Source: Eutreptiella sp. 'Long Island Sound 2002' (taxonomy: Eukaryota; Protista; Euglenida). Taken from it: a DNA stretch of 64,000 bases. Each line of letters starts with the position of its first letter. Within the stretch, counting starts at the first letter, position 1. Positions 44,224 through 58,371 of the stretch are shown piece by piece. The stretch covers positions 187,984,001-188,048,000 of the forward strand of contig OZ038378.1 of NCBI GenBank assembly GCA_964036045.1, in the 5' to 3' direction. The translations under genes were made by a program, and so were the position numbers. A model generated the notes under the pieces. The model worked only from the letters and a program-made list of their open reading frames with translations, made no database searches and was not told the DNA's origin.

Positions 44224-45039
44224 GAAAAGTTTATAGTGTTTTCAGCACTGTGTTTTTGCTTCTCCTGCTGCTTGTTGTTGCTGTAGGGTGTCCTGCTGCT
44301 GGTTTTGGATGATGAAAAGCTTTTGTTTGTTGAAATACAATAAAGCCAACTCAATCCAGGATAGCCCAAGCCAATAGTATGCAAGGAGAAGGTAATTCAG
44401 GATCAAAGCATGAAGGGCTGCAGTGTACACAGTGAAAGATGATTAGATATTCACAGAAACTGCAACTCAGGATACAAATGAATGCTTATTCACAGAGATA
44501 GCTGAAATGTTTTGGGAAAAGAGTTGGAAAACTGCCTCAGGTTCACTCTCTCTCCATAGTGCCATCTTAGGAGATGTGCACTCTTTGTTTTGGCTCCCAT
44601 ATGTGCTGAGGTGGCATGGTATGTGGCGATGAGGTCACTGCCATGTCACATGGGATCTTCCTACTTAGTTGGGATCTTCCTACTTAGTTAGGCTGACCAG
44701 GAATTGAACCCAGGACCTCTCAAAAAGAGGTGCCTAACCCCCTATGGTGCATACCACTAGGGCAGATAAGTATTCATGGAAAAACATAGATAAATTCATA
44801 GGCTCTACCTTAGGTATGTCAGTGCTCAGTCAACTCAGGAAAAGATGTTTTACTTCTGATTGAAAGGGGATTAAGGGGTCCACTCCATATCCTGATTGGG
44901 TGTTTGGTTCCATAGGTCAAAATGTGTTCTCACCACTTTTGGCTGGACCAATACTAAGATAAAAATGCATGGATGCTCAGTGCATCTCTAATACAACTAG
45001 AGTATGTCCCAAAGCAATGGAAAAGCACTTTTTCTTACT
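44223..45039 (-). repeat. 5' LTR (817 bp)
   Basis: Matches 33615-34430; one extra A in ATAAAAATGC. Confidence 0.95.
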
Positions 45040-46487
45040 TAATGGCACCAAACCCCATCTGCCCCTTAATGGTCGCCCCCGGGTTGTGTGCACCCGTTGT
45101 CCAAGGTTGAGGGCGATTTTGAAAGGGGACATAAGCCCGCCTCGAATAGGGTGTGTCCCCTTGTATCCTCTCCTTAGGATGGGAGAGCCATGGGTGGCCC
45201 AGTATGGGGTATGTCGCCATTTGCCATTCCTCGTGTACCATCTTTCCGCTAAGGGGAAAAATGGATAGAGGCGACCTTGAGGGTTGACATGGGGCATATA
45301 TTGGGAACTGAGTCCCATGTGTCCAGAGCAACTTTGGTTAGATTATTGCTCGCCATGACCACGGATATACGGGATCATGAGTATGGGCCGTCTCGGCCAA
45401 TTTTCGCTTTTTTTGCCGTTTTAGGCCAAGTTGAGAACAGCATATCTCCATGGGGCAAAGGACCCAGCCAGGAAAGAAGTGAGAATCTTCTATCATATGA
45501 CCAAGGGTCAATTGCCCTAGAGTTTTGTATTTGCTCCTCCAGCCTAGCCGGAGTTATGCAACTTTCAGTGCGTGCCACGTTGCCAAATTTTGCCTTTCTT
45601 GCTGTTTTCTGCCCCGTCGCGTGACCATCCCCTCGGGGAGCAGTAAGCAGCCAACCTGACAGCAGGCCAAACCCCGATGCACGGGACCAAAGGGGATATC
45701 AAGGCTCGTGGATCAAGGCTTGGCTTGACGAGATCGCCACAAAAGCTAACCCTGGCTGGCCACCCGAGATGGCCAATTTTGCCAATTTCGGCATCTTGAC
45801 CCCACGTGGCGACCCTGTGGCGCCAAGATACCAGGAAATCTGGGGGAACCAAGTTGAATGGGGCCTCTAAGGAGCTTGTACGCGAAGGGTACAGGGTTGG
45901 TTGCTTCGCCCCTGCCCTGGTGTGGCCCGGCCGAGGGGTCAATTTTGAACTTTTTAGAGCCAAAGTCAGCATGGGCTGAAACAGCGCTTTTTCAGCCCCC
46001 AACTCCTAGGGAATAATGCCGGGGCCATATCTCCGGCTCAGGGAGGAGTTGGGACCTGCCGTCAGGGGAGCATAGGGAGCCACTGTCGGTCGACCTTGCA
46101 GCTGATTGGCTCCCCACAACGCACCCGTGGCTGGTTGGGAGGCTTGTCCCTTGGCAGGGATCTAGGGTCTAGTTTTGGCAGGTCCGTGGGTTGCGTTTGA
46201 ACCCCCGTACCCGCATGCCACTGAGGAGGTGGGACCTAGGGATGGGATACGGTTGGGGACTAAGTGTCTATTGTCCTGAGGCGCCCTTAGCTTAGACCAT
46301 GGCTTAACCAACCTGTGTACATACCCTGATGTGTTTTTTGTACAAACTTTTGCTTTGTTTCAGAGTGGCAAGGATCCTAAAACACTTTGTTCTATGAGGA
46401 TGCCCATGTGAGCGCAGTGCTTTGCCTGCGTGCTTGCTTGCGTGTCCGCTGCAGCGTCCCGTAGCCAGGCCCCCCCACGGGAACGCG

Positions 46488-46691
46488 TCAATACGGCGCT
46501 TCGCATTCGCTCGAAACATGCAATATTCCACACTTGTAGCAAAGGCGGTACTTTTTGACCATGGAAACATTCCATGCATAGCCCTTTCCTTTGCCTTTGC
46601 TCTTCTCTGTGCCTTTGCCCCCGCCTTTTCCCTTGCCTTTGCCGCAGCCTTTACCATATCCATATCCGTGTTCTCGGACTCTCCATTCCAC
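46488..46691 (-). pseudogene. Gag/ORF1-like remnant: GKG-rich tract plus CCHC knuckle
   Basis: GYGKGCGKGKGKGGGKGTEKSKGKGKG followed by CYKCGILHVSSEC. No associated pol recognised. Confidence 0.45.
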
Positions 46692-49600
46692 GTGGACTCA
46701 TGACCATTCGTTGCTTTCCAAGTCGAATCATATGTGCCGTCGGCTTTCCCTCCACTATATTGATTTTTATGTTCTCAATCACAGTGGACCCAGGATGTTT
46801 CACAAAATGACCAAGACATTGCAGCATCGGATATTCAATCGGCGTACTGTGGTTCTCCGTAATGTCGTGGAAGTACTCAGTAAAATTAATATATTTAGTG
46901 AGGTTGTCAAAGAGGTACTACGGTAGCTCAAGTCGGTCTCACAAGATCATCGTAGCAAAGCACAAAACGACCCCAACTCTTCATACGGCCATTTGGAGTG
47001 AAACACAGTGCAAAAAGTCTCTTCGTCCTCTTTCCTTGGCACCAGCCATGTGCTTCGCAAATGTATACAATCAGCGGAGTTTTTTATTTACAAAATAACA
47101 AGTAAAGTTAGGAATGATGTGTGTGCACAGGCCGGCCGGCGCGCATGCTACCTGTATCCGCTCTGTCCATTATGCTCCATAATGGCATAATAGTGCAAAG
47201 CACGGTCCGAATTACTCAATCGCCAAGTTGCATTCAAATAAAACCCCAAGCTCCTTGCAATAAGATCCTCGCCCCCCTCGCTCCGCACTGGACACAAAAC
47301 AACACTATCTATTGCCCAATAATAGCCACTGTTGTGAAAAAAAACTTGCTCGCCCACTTATGCTAAATTCACCCCCCCCCCACCAGTGTTCTTCTCATAG
47401 CTACAGCTCAATGTGCATCTTATTTTGAACAAAAAATCCTACAACAGGAAGATTTGTAATCCATTTCGGAGTGGTTCTTTTTTGACATTCTGAAAACCTA
47501 TTTTGTGCGAATCTGATCTTTTGTGGTGCAACACCGGGAAGTGATAGAGAAAACGTAGAAAAGTTTATCTTCTCCGCGCCTAATATGAGGTTCTTGGCTA
47601 CATGACGGTGAACAAACCAGTAGGAAAGCTAAGATGGGGTACAAAAAGAGGAAAAGGGTTGGGGGTGTGAATGACAGGACGGCAGCCAATGGTAAAAAGA
47701 TTGGCAAGTAGGAGGAAACGTAGCTGCAACGCGAATACGAAAACAGGGATTGGGACAAGTGGAGAGCATCAGTCAGTAGAGTAGGTAACAAAGACAACGA
47801 CAGCAAAGAGGGAGGTGCTCCTAGAGCGTACGGCACGCAAGAAGTATGATGCTCAGACACGCAAACATTAAATGAGAAATAGAGCAAAAAGGGCCCCATG
47901 ATGCGGTTTGCATAAGAACTATGTCACACAACAATTATACCATACGCGTGCCCATCGACCTCCCGCCCCACTAGCATTGAGCTACGGGACGTGGGGTGAA
48001 CGGGGGGTCCAATGGGGAGAGATGACAGAGGAGTGCCGTGGGCCCTTCTGCCGCACCCCCACCCGCAGCACATAGATGTGTACCTGAGCATTATACACGA
48101 AACCAACATGAACGATGAAATTGCAGCAACAAGGCGCATAAAAAGGCACAAAGTCGGGTTGGGGTAGGGGAGTAGGGGTAAGATGGCACCATCAAGAGTC
48201 CCACGATCAAAAGCAGGCCAACTTAATCGGGTGAAGTGTCCTTTGGCCACCTGCCTTCTTGTGTGATTGAGGAGGATTGGAGGTTTTTGGGAGGGGATTA
48301 AAGAATAGCAGATCATGCGGGGTACAGGACAAAGTGTTCAGTGGAGGCAAACAGCCCCATGGGAAAGGCGGGAAAAAGGGGCTGAAGGAACAAAAGAAGC
48401 GGTACAAAAAGTAGAGACAACATTGTCATGGGGTTGCCTTGCCAGTCGCTATGCAGTAGGGAACAATGGGCTAACAATGGGGAACCTTGCCACGGGAATT
48501 CGGGAAAACACCGTGCCCCGAGCAACTGTGAAGCGCGAATAGAGGAGGGTTGACACTAAAGCCCCTAGGTCAGTGGTCACAAATCAGTCATGAGCCCGCT
48601 CGGGAAACATGGAAGGGGGCTGCCCCCTGCCTTCTAGCCGCAGATGGACAATAACCAAGTGCATCTGGGAGCCGAGTGGGTACTTCACCTAGTGAGGGAT
48701 GGGGAGTGGTGGAATGTGTCGGAGACAAATGCGGGCAACGCAATCCACAGAAAGTCTGCCCGCGGGCGCCCAAAATGCTGCGCCAAAGGTGGGGTGGGCC
48801 ACAGGATATTGCGAGAAGTGACTCAAAGGGGCACAACCTGTGAGGGCTGCAACCAAGAGGAAGTCACACCCGGTCGTGCCCTGGGGAAACCTACGTGAAG
48901 TTTTCAGCCGTGAGGTGGAACTCTAGGGCAACCAATGGTGGAGAGCTCTCCCCCCCGCTAGCGGCAGCCACCAAGTTAAATAATCAAGGGGAAGATAGCC
49001 TTGGCTGTACACTCCATTGTAGGATTGTAAAGGCTAAATCGATTTTCGCTGTTTTTTTGGTGCTCATAAAAGCACACTTTGTGGTGCATGAAGCCAAACA
49101 GCCACCCCGACCACACAATCAAATTTGCCGCCAAAATTGCATACTTCAGCTTTGCGCTGGTGTACTCCCCGAGCAAATGTACAATTTTGGTTGTTGTTTG
49201 CCATCAGTAGGGATGCCAGCTTGGTATGTTGCATAACACTGCAACAATGTATGCACCGAAGTGTCCCAATGCAAGTCTCAAAAGCACTTTTATTCCTGGG
49301 TGCCGCTTTGCTGCCAACTGTTGGCGATTTGTTGCTATTGTGTATCGGCCAACAATAGCTACCAAATGGCTGCCAACAGTGAAACATAAACTGCTGGAGG
49401 CAGGAGGTGTCGGACATTTCAGTCGGTAGCCATTTCTGTCCAGTCGGGGACAGAAACCCTTCTCCTAACCCTCCTTCTCTGTATGTTTATCTGTAAATGT
49501 TGCGAGAAATGCTTTTTGCAAGAGCACAACAGAATGGCCAGCATCGAATGCAATCGGCACAAAAGTGTAAACTTGGATACTGTGGTGCTTACTGTGTTGT

Positions 49601-50455
49601 GACACGGGCAGTAACAGAGATCCCTTCTGAATTCACAGACAGGCACCAGCTCAAAATTTCAAAAGCCGCAATGTGGTCTTGGACCCAATCCACCTTGTAT
49701 CAACTGATCATCGAGACAATAAATCAGTGCAGTGTGGTTCCAGCATGGTGGAAAATTAAGGGGAAAACCCAAAAGGGGGGTGAAAAATCCTCCCCGAGCG
49801 GGGAGAAAAAACCCCCTTGGAGGCTTGGGTACCCGTGGCACAAACAACCACCCCCTCCCTTTGGGGTGAAACCCCCCCCACCACCCTTAGAATATCCCCT
49901 TAATGGTTACCCCCCCCCCACCCTCCCCTCTGGGGATGAACCCCCCCCCCCCACCCCTGGCATGCCCTAACCATTTCAATGCAACAAATTCCGGGCCCAA
50001 AATCAAATTTCTCTGCGGAGCTCCCATGCACGTTTCAGCCTCATTAGGTCAACAGCAGAAATTCAGTGCTTGGACAAGGCCATGCATGAGCACCAACCAT
50101 GGAAAATCTGCCGATGCCTCACCCACACCAAATTTCTCACAACAGCGGGGCCCTCTCCCTAGATTGAGTGCCAGAACATGCTCGGTGACAGGGGCAGCTT
50201 GTATATTCTGTGATGTGTGATCGTACGAAACTGGGTGCTGCTGTCAATTTTTGCATCCTGTTTTGATGCTGTTTGAAGTTGTAGAATTTAAATTGTCACA
50301 CATCATTTTGGTTGCCAATTTTCCAATGCACAATGTGCGAGGTGCATTAGAATCGAAGGTCACGCAATGACATGTGAGTGCACACTCAGTGTATTGTTTC
50401 ACATTGCTCTTTGTATGTGTGATTTGGTTGTGTTCTTGTGTCCATGCAACCAACT

Positions 50456-50541
50456 TCAACAGGCTCTTGATGGCTGTGACGGGCACTGAGGACAGCAAGA
50501 ACATGCCAAAGGTTGCTTGCATTTTGTGTTGTAGTGCCCTG
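50456..50541. repeat. Inverted partner of the 13126-13211 repeat
   Basis: Reverse complement aligns with 13126-13211. Confidence 0.65.
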
Positions 50542-53235
50542 TTGTTGCACCAATCTTGTTGTGCAACCATGCCGTAGCCCTGTGTCCACTTGGTTCGCCA
50601 CCCACGTCGCAAACCCCATCCCACACCCCGTTGCAAAGCAGGTCTATCTCAAACCCTGTCCATACCCCGTGTCTACTTGGACCCAAAACAAACCCCATCC
50701 TAGACCCCATGCCCCAACCACATCTGCAAGTTTGTATCCAGCCTGGTCAAATGGCAATTCATCCCCTGCTCCAAGTGCCCGCCGCCCACGTTACCCTGAA
50801 ACACGCAAAGCAAGAGCAATGTGAAACAGAACACGGAGTGTTCAATCACGCGGGGTTCCGTGACCTTGCATGACCTCTCCTAAAGCCCCCACCCCCCCCC
50901 TCCCCCGGTAATAAAATCCGGTACTGGACATTGTTCATTCACTGGATATTATTTTGTTACTAGTCATTGAAAATAAAGTCCAGTACCGGATATTGTTTTC
51001 ACAGGTCAAAATTGATATCCAGTGCCTTTGGATGATTCCTATTGTTGTTACCTCTTGGAGCACAAGCAGCATCACCGGCAGAGCAGCACAACTGTGCCCT
51101 CAATCAACGTTTTCACTTGCTTAAGAAGTAGGAAAGCAAACTGTTGGTGTGCCTCTGGGCCACTAGGGCAGGGGGTGGCGAAATTGTTCAAGGGGGTTTA
51201 CCTAAAATGGAAATGGGGCAAACCCCCCCTCCCCACCACTTGTGGTAGAACCACAAGAAACAAATCGTAGGATGTAGGGCATGAGGGCCTTGCGCACCTT
51301 ACAAGGGTGTTCTACCTACGCCACACCATTTCGACATAAGGCAAGCTGTCTTCCGGTACTCTGGTTCCTGGTTTGCATAGCCCAAGTGTGATAAAACCAC
51401 CCCAGGGGTCCAAAATGGCGGCTTGGGGAACCCCCCCTCCCCCAGTGCACAACACCCCCCCAACAGGGAGACCCCCCCCCAAATCACAAAAAAACCACCC
51501 ACCATGGCACAATGAAGCCATCCAGCAACGGATACGTGGCCACCGAGAAGCCCCCATAGCACAATCAAGGAGGAATCAGCGTGGGGGGGGGGATAGTTGA
51601 CCTTGGTACACCCAGGCCGGGGGGGGGGTCCACAGAGGGGGCGGGGTTAACTAAACTGGGGAGGGGGTTGGGGGGGGGGTTTCTCCCCTGTTTGGGGGTT
51701 TTTACCACTCTGGGGAGGGGATTTTCCCTGTTTGGGGGTTTTTTTACCACTTTGGGTTTTTTCCCCCGCCTTTTTTTGGGGGGGGGGGTCAGGATGCACC
51801 CACCCTACCTGACACCCAGCCTGGGCTCGAACACAGACTCACTCCCAGAAGATACTAAAAAGGTCAAAAAAATTACTGCAAAAACCGACGAAATGTACTG
51901 CAGTAGCCCGGGTGCGTAAAATAAATAACATGCCCCTAGATACCACTAAAATGCACATAAAAAACCCCAACTTGTACCAAACCTCCCTAGTTGTACGAAA
52001 AAACCCTTAAAAATGCCCCCAAACCCCCCCAAAAATGTATCAAGAAATCCCCGGGGTGTTTTTCGACACATTTTGGGGGGTCTTCTGGTACATTTTACGC
52101 TCGGGTATGTTTTGGTACATTTTGCGACGTTTCGGCGGTTTTTTGGTACAAAGCGAAGGTTTTTTGGTATTCACCAGAATGGTCTCTGAAACTCTTGTTC
52201 TATATAGGCTAGGTCACAGCTTGCGGCTGGGTGCATCACTTACCCATTAAAAAGGGGAAACGGTGCTGCCATAAGGGAGAGCAACGCTGAATGCCGAAAC
52301 AGCGCTGGAGCCTAGAGTGAGAAAATTCATCATCTTCAGTGTCACTGACACAGCCTGAGCCATGGGGCACACGCCTGCTGGCCCCTCCGAAACACATCAG
52401 CTGCGTGCCCAGTACCACTGCAGAGCGACTTCTAAATACCATCCGGATCACGGTCCTGTGCAGGACACTGTGAGGCCGTGTGTCAGCCAATTCAAACACG
52501 ATGAGGCGTCGCCAGATCCTACTGCACCGTGCATTGCGTGCAGCCCTGTGTGGCACATGAAACGGGCTCATGAGACACGGTCGTCCTGCCACTGCCTCGC
52601 ACCCCAAGAGAGTGCTTGCTCACCAGCAACCGCCGTCACGCAGCCCCAAACCGCCCTTGGCAAACCAAAGCCGTCAACACCATCTCTTGGCCACCTCCAT
52701 GGACAGCCCTGGTCTCGTCCACAGGACAGCCTTTGGCAAAAATTGGAAACTTCCATTCAGTTCTGTACTCCAAAGCCCGTGGCGGGGGCAGGGGGGTCCG
52801 GAGTTGGGGGGAAGGGGGTTACATTAATCTTTATGGGATTTGGGGGGCTTTGTTCAATTCCCCGTTTCACTCCGAGCATCTTGAATACACACAAGTCCGG
52901 GGGGGATACAACCCCCTTTCAGCATTCACCATGAATGGGGGGCGGGGGGGGGGGGGGGATGGGGGAAAAAATCTGTGCCCCGGTCCACAGAGACCAAAAA
53001 AATTATATCACGGCGCCACTGGGGCCCAAATTCGTTGTTCCTTTTTGTTCACCGTCGGTGTGGGTTGGGGCACTCGTCGGCGGCGCCCGTGCATTTGCGG
53101 GCATGGCCAGTCGATGCGCAGAGCCGTGAGGAACACCATCGTGCTACCCCCACGTCGGCCTGTGAAGTTCAACATCGGCCTCCACATCGAACTCCAAATC
53201 CTCCCTCCCTCCCTCGCCTCTGCCCCCCCCCCCCC

Positions 53236-53693
53236 CTACCCCTGCTCTTGTCCCTTCACCACATCCACAATCGCCTGGATGAGAGTGTTCAGATCCTCTT
53301 CACTGATGACAAACGGGGGCATGACGTAGACCAGGCGCCCAAACGGCCGCACCCACACGCCCCGGTCCACGAATTGGCGCTGCATGACCCCCATGTCCAC
53401 GGGCTGCCGCAGCTGCACCACCCCAATGGCCCCGAGCACGCGCACGTCCGCCACCTGCGGCAGGGCCTTGCAAGGCCCCAGGCCCTCCCGGAGCTGGCGC
53501 TCGATGCGGGACACCCACGTCCGCCAGGGGCTGTCCCCCAGCAGGCGCAGGCTCTCTGCCGCCACAGCGCACGTGAGGGGGTTTGCCATGAATGTGGGCC
53601 CGTGCATGAACACGCCGCTGCCGTGCGGCCCGTCGCAGATGCCAGCGGCCACTTCGTCTGTCGCCAGGGTCGCTCCCAAACTCATGTAGCCTC
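53236..53693 (-). CDS. bioA: bioA exon 4 (G-GYMSLGATL...MHGPTFMANPL...GVWVRPFGRLVYVMPPF...*)
   Basis: Acceptor CCTCCTCTTCAG|GA; collinear with the C-terminus of bacterial BioA; TAG at 53238-53236. Confidence 0.93.
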
Positions 53694-54014
53694 CTGAAGA
53701 GGAGGTTTGGGGGGAAATGGGCGGGGGGGAGGGGGGGAGGGAATCGTGGTTCGGAGGCTCAAAGACTGTCATGGGATCGGTCGTGGCTACCAATGGCCCA
53801 TGAGGCCCTTGAGCCATAGCCTATCCTTCGCAATCATGAAGTCTGTCAAGGATTGAGGGTGACAAGAGGGTCCTTGATGCGAAAAAGAAACATCTCTTTG
53901 ATGTACGCCTCACCCAACAAACACACACACCGTTGGCCATTGGCCATTGACAACCCGGGCACTGCAAACCAGTAATACATCCGTCTGAAGTGTGTCATTA
54001 GTACAGAGGAGACG

Positions 54015-54163
54015 CATGACCCTTCACCCGCGGTCGGTGCTGAATGAACGGAAAAATGGACCAGCAACCGCCAGCGGTCGGCGGTTGCCCGCCCGCCCAG
54101 AGGGCTGTCCTTAAGGGGCTGGCCTTAGTGGTAACACACAAAACAAAAACTGGTTGTCAAAAG
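54015..54163. repeat. Intronic dispersed repeat (partner 57713-57859)
   Basis: CATGACCC...CAACCGCC.GCGGTCGGCGGTT...CCCAGAGGGCTGTCCT.AAGGGG...TGGTTGTCAAA is shared between introns 3 and 2. Confidence 0.85.
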
Positions 54164-56702
54164 ACTCCGGGAGGGTGCGGTGGGTTGTAGAACACTTGTC
54201 GGGTGATGCTGCGCATGCGTCACTGGGTATGGAGGAGGACTGCTGATCGACAGTCTCCGGTTCCAGTCCCCGGCAAGGAACAGCGTGCTGCGGTGGGCGG
54301 GTGTCCATGGTGGCCCGCCGAGCTGGAGGGGATACGCCTGTGGGGAGGGAGGGGCACAGTCCGCAGACCCGAGATGTATTAAAGCCCCACCCCCTCACCC
54401 CCCGTCCCCCGATGACGAATGGCGAAATACGAAATTTGGGTGGAGTCTCCAGGTGTGTCTCTCCTGGCCAAAGGAGGTGGGTGATCGAAAAAATTTCTAT
54501 CCCGCCGCCCACGTATGCTTGTGGGAGAGTCGTGTTTAGGACCAGCAGTGACTACAAAACAAAAAAAGTGAATCCATAAATACCCACAAATACTATGTGT
54601 ACCATGTGCGCACCACGCGTAGCACCGCTCGCTTGCTTCCCTCTATATGCATGGTGAGTAAGGGGCACAATTGAACATGCACGAGTGAACCTTTTAAGCA
54701 ACATGTTCCACTGAGGACTGCATTGTGGAAGCCTAAATGCTGTTCACTTGTTGCGAAGCAGGTGTACTTTTTGCAACCCTCAGGCACGATGGGGGGGGGG
54801 GGTGCATCCAGACTGATGCTTGAGAAGGAGGAATAAGAGCGATGGGGTGTTTCAAGGTTATACCCTTGCCGGGTGAATCCCCTATTCCTACCCGCCTCAC
54901 TGCACATGGGCATTTTTGGTGGAACATGCAATCTGTGCCCAGTCCCTCTGTCCTTAGGCAAAACATCATGTGCAACGGGTCCACTAAAACCGTGCCCAAC
55001 AGAGTCTTACTGCTGCTTGTTTGCCATGCTTTGCCAAAACGGGACGAACTTCAGACGCATCACTGTCAGAGGCATCAGACCTCAGGCTGAACGATGCGTC
55101 AACACACGCAGGACCACGTGATGCACTACTGCACCTGCGAAGAAATCTAGGGTGACAGTTCGAATTTTGTGTTTCGTAATTTGTCATCACAGCCCTCAAG
55201 AGCCCCCCCCCCAAACCAGCACCAGAACACCACCTTACTATGATATTCATCCCCGCTGGTGGTAGACAGGGATCTACCTCCACGAAAACCCACCCTTTCA
55301 TTAGCATTGGCCACTACCCACTTATACTGACATCTGTCAGGGCTGCGCAGGGGGCGTCAGAAGCGAGGAAGAGCCCCCGGGATAGAGGTCGGTCATGACA
55401 GCACAGGCTAGGGGCCCACAGTACGAATGTGTCGAAAAGGAAGCGCACCAAAGAGACGCACTGGCAGCCACGCCAGTGGCTCTGGAGTCGTATCCCCGGA
55501 CTACAAGGAATTTCTTTTTGGTTCAGGCCATGGTGAGCTGGCAAAGCCCTCTCACCCGATGGTACTCCAGGAAACTCTCGGAATCAAGGGTCAGAGCTGT
55601 CCTGTGCTACGGTTGTCCCACAGAGCAATAGGGTAGCGCACATAACACGCAGTGAGGATGAGCTAAATCTGGTGCCAGTAAGTAAGCACCCCGACTACAA
55701 TGAATGCACCAGAGCAAGACATGCCAGTACGAGAAATACTTTTCAGAGTGCCTGCAACTGATGGACGGGCACTGCGTTCCTTATCGTTACATACTCCCAG
55801 CACAGCGTACTTTGAAGGTTCGGGCACGCTAAACAAACATCACAGCATCCACAGCCATGGCGGGAGCAAGGGGATCGTTGGGGTTGACTATTGTAGAGGG
55901 CTGTAGACGGTGGCTGAGGGTGCGGGAGGTACGCGCACCGCGGAGCGCACCGCGCGCGTTCTTTCCATCGTAGTCTCGAAAATTTTCAGCGATTTTTCAG
56001 GTTGTCAAGGATGCGGTGGCCTAAGGGGTAAGCATACAACAACGGAGGCCTCCACTCCATCCTCCGCACCAATTGCATGGTGGTTGTAGCCACCCACACC
56101 CCCTGACGGAGGGGGCCGTTGGTTGATGATGAAATGACATGCTCCGAACGTGCACGCACGAAACTATGCCCATCATTTGCCTTCGTCTTCCACTTGGGCA
56201 TCTCCCTCTTCGGGGGCTTCGGAACAGGGGTGATGGACCCAAGGCGGCCACCAAACCCACCATCCAACAAGTGTGGTTCCCCTCACCCCCGCCCCCTCGC
56301 CCTACATGCGCTTCCGCGGAAAACGTTTGTGCCTCTGCTTGTGGCTTGTGGTTTTCCCTGCAGGGGAGGGGTTGAGGCACCCCTGGCTACTGTCCACTAT
56401 CGCAACATACTATCGCGACAGCCATCGCAACCTGGCTTGGCGCCCTATCCCGCAGCCACGGCAGATGGGCTCACCAGAGGGGGGGTGCTACAGGGCCGAT
56501 GAGGTGCTGAGAAAAAGCACAAGGGGGAATTATGGGAAAAGAGTCAGCCGCACTACCCAAAAGACCGCGCACCGCGTGCACCGCACGCCGTACCTCCCCC
56601 GGTAGTAGAGGGTTGTAGAAGATTGTAGAGGAATATAGAGGGTTGTAAATGGTTGTAATTTGTTGCTGAGGCTTACTGTGATGGTGACAGGGGGTGGCAC
56701 AC

Positions 56703-57056
56703 CCGTGAGAGCCTTCCCGAGGCACATAATGTCTGGGGCATGACCTGCGTGGTGACACGCAAACAGTTCACCCGTGCGCCCAAATCCTGTGGCAATCTCG
56801 TCGTAGATCAGCAGCACCCGATACTGATCGCAGAGCTGCCGGACACGCCGCATGTACTCGGGGGAGTACATCCACATGCCCCCCGCGCCCTGGACCACCG
56901 GCTCCAAGATGACCGCGGCCAAATCGGAATGGTGCTCCGCGAATTGCGCCTCCAAATCCGCGGCGTACTGCTCGTCCCACGGGTCCGCGTATTTGCAGCC
57001 CGGGCGTTCCGTGAACACGTACTTCGGCAGCAGCGACCCGAACATGTGGTGCATCC
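56703..57056 (-). CDS. bioA: bioA exon 3 (GMHHMFG...EPVVQGAGGM...YDEIATGFGRTG...DIMCLGKALTG)
   Basis: Contains the class-III aminotransferase DEIATGFGRTG motif and the PLP lysine (GKALT). Acceptor CAG|GG, donor G|GTGTGC. Confidence 0.95.
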
Positions 57057-57712
57057 CTGTGATCACCGAGCACGCGACCGGCAAAGAGACAAACGGACTG
57101 CAGCAGGGCACATTGAGGAGGGTGTGCCATAAACGCTGAGTGAGTATGCCGGTTGGGACTTCCGGGTGGTACTTTTTTTTGGGGGGGGGGGGCTGAAATA
57201 TTACTGCTTTTCCGGAAGTTGGCAGCGCCAATCGGCTTCTGGCCACTCACGAAGATCCACCAATGCCGCCGGATCCGTCTCGCCATCGAGGGTGGGTCGT
57301 GGCACCAACACATTGAAGGGTCCACACGGCAGCACTCTTCAGGGCGGCGCCCAAACACTCTTCCCCGGCGGAGTGCCTCGCGGCTCCGCAAGGCCGCAAA
57401 ATGGCACATGGGGAGGGGGACAGGCCTCCCTCAACGGGCACAGCAAACCCCTGCTCACGTTCGTCGGAACAAACCGGGTCATTGCGGAAGGTTGCGCACC
57501 GGATGGTCACGAGTTCTGATGGAGGTACGGACTACCACGTGGGGGCTGCCTCTCCCTTGAGGCGTTTGTTCTGTGACCCCCGTGTCTCTCATGGAGTCAC
57601 GCCTCACACAACAAACGAGCACACGACGCCGGTGGAGAAGGCACTCCGTGCACTGCACGCAGCGAAGCTTCAGATCATCCGTCTGAAGCGTGTCGGTGTT
57701 GAAGAGAAGACA

Positions 57713-57859
57713 CATGACCCTGCACCCGCTGGCGGTACTTCAGGAACGAAAAATGTTGGCCATCAACCGCCGGCGGTCGGCGGTTATCCGCCAGCCCAGA
57801 GGGCTGTCCTGAAGGGGGTGGTCTTGGTGGAAATACAACAAAAATCTGGTTGTCAAAGG
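57713..57859. repeat. Intronic dispersed repeat (partner 54015-54163)
   Basis: Same alignment as its partner. Confidence 0.85.
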
Positions 57860-58165
57860 ATTCCTCTGCGGATCACCGACTGGTCGACGTCAGTGACGCG
57901 CTGCACTTCCCGCTCGTGTGCCCGTGTGGTGCTCGTGCAGTGTGCCCCCTGTGCCCGAGGCCAGGCTTTCACCAGCAGTTCTGCACTGGAGCTCTTCGGA
58001 TCCTGCAGCCCGAGCGCGCCGCGGCGAGGGGGGGATGAGACCTAACTCAGGTGAGTGAGGGGAGGATGGGGAATGGGGGCTGGGGGCGGGGCTCATTCAG
58101 GCTATTGCTTAAGGACCCAAGGAGAACCCCCCCTCCCCTGTTCCAGAGGCCCCCAGGTCAGAGGC

Positions 58166-58302
58166 AAAAAAAAGTTTGTGTACCTAAAATCGGCCTCAAA
58201 TTTCCGGTCCATTTGATAAATTTCGTTTTTTGCCGAAGGAAAAGTTTTCTGATGTGGGTGGGTGGGTGGGTCGGCCGGGGCTGGCCAGGGCCCCAAACAA
58301 CC
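58166..58302. repeat. Dispersed short repeat in bioA intron 2 (partner 1351-1487)
   Basis: Same alignment as its partner. Confidence 0.85.
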
Positions 58303-58371
58303 CCCCCTATGCAATAGCCCGGGCTCATTCGTGGGCCCGTCGGTGCGCAAGGGGCCCTGGGTGGGTGCGAC

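Larger units (their letters stand above)
33615..45039 (-). mobile_element. Intact Ty3/gypsy (chromodomain-bearing) LTR retrotransposon, 11.4 kb
   Basis: Two ~816-bp LTRs differing by one visible 1-bp indel; 5-bp TSD TAATG (33610-33614, 45040-45044); PBS; PPT; open gag and pol with PR-RT-RH-IN-chromo order. Confidence 0.97.

Noticed and set aside
53694-53817. N-terminal extensions of the track ORFs around bioA exons (also 57057-57246 and 56530-56702)
   Set aside because: They are intronic read-through; BioA homology and GT-AG sites define shorter exons.
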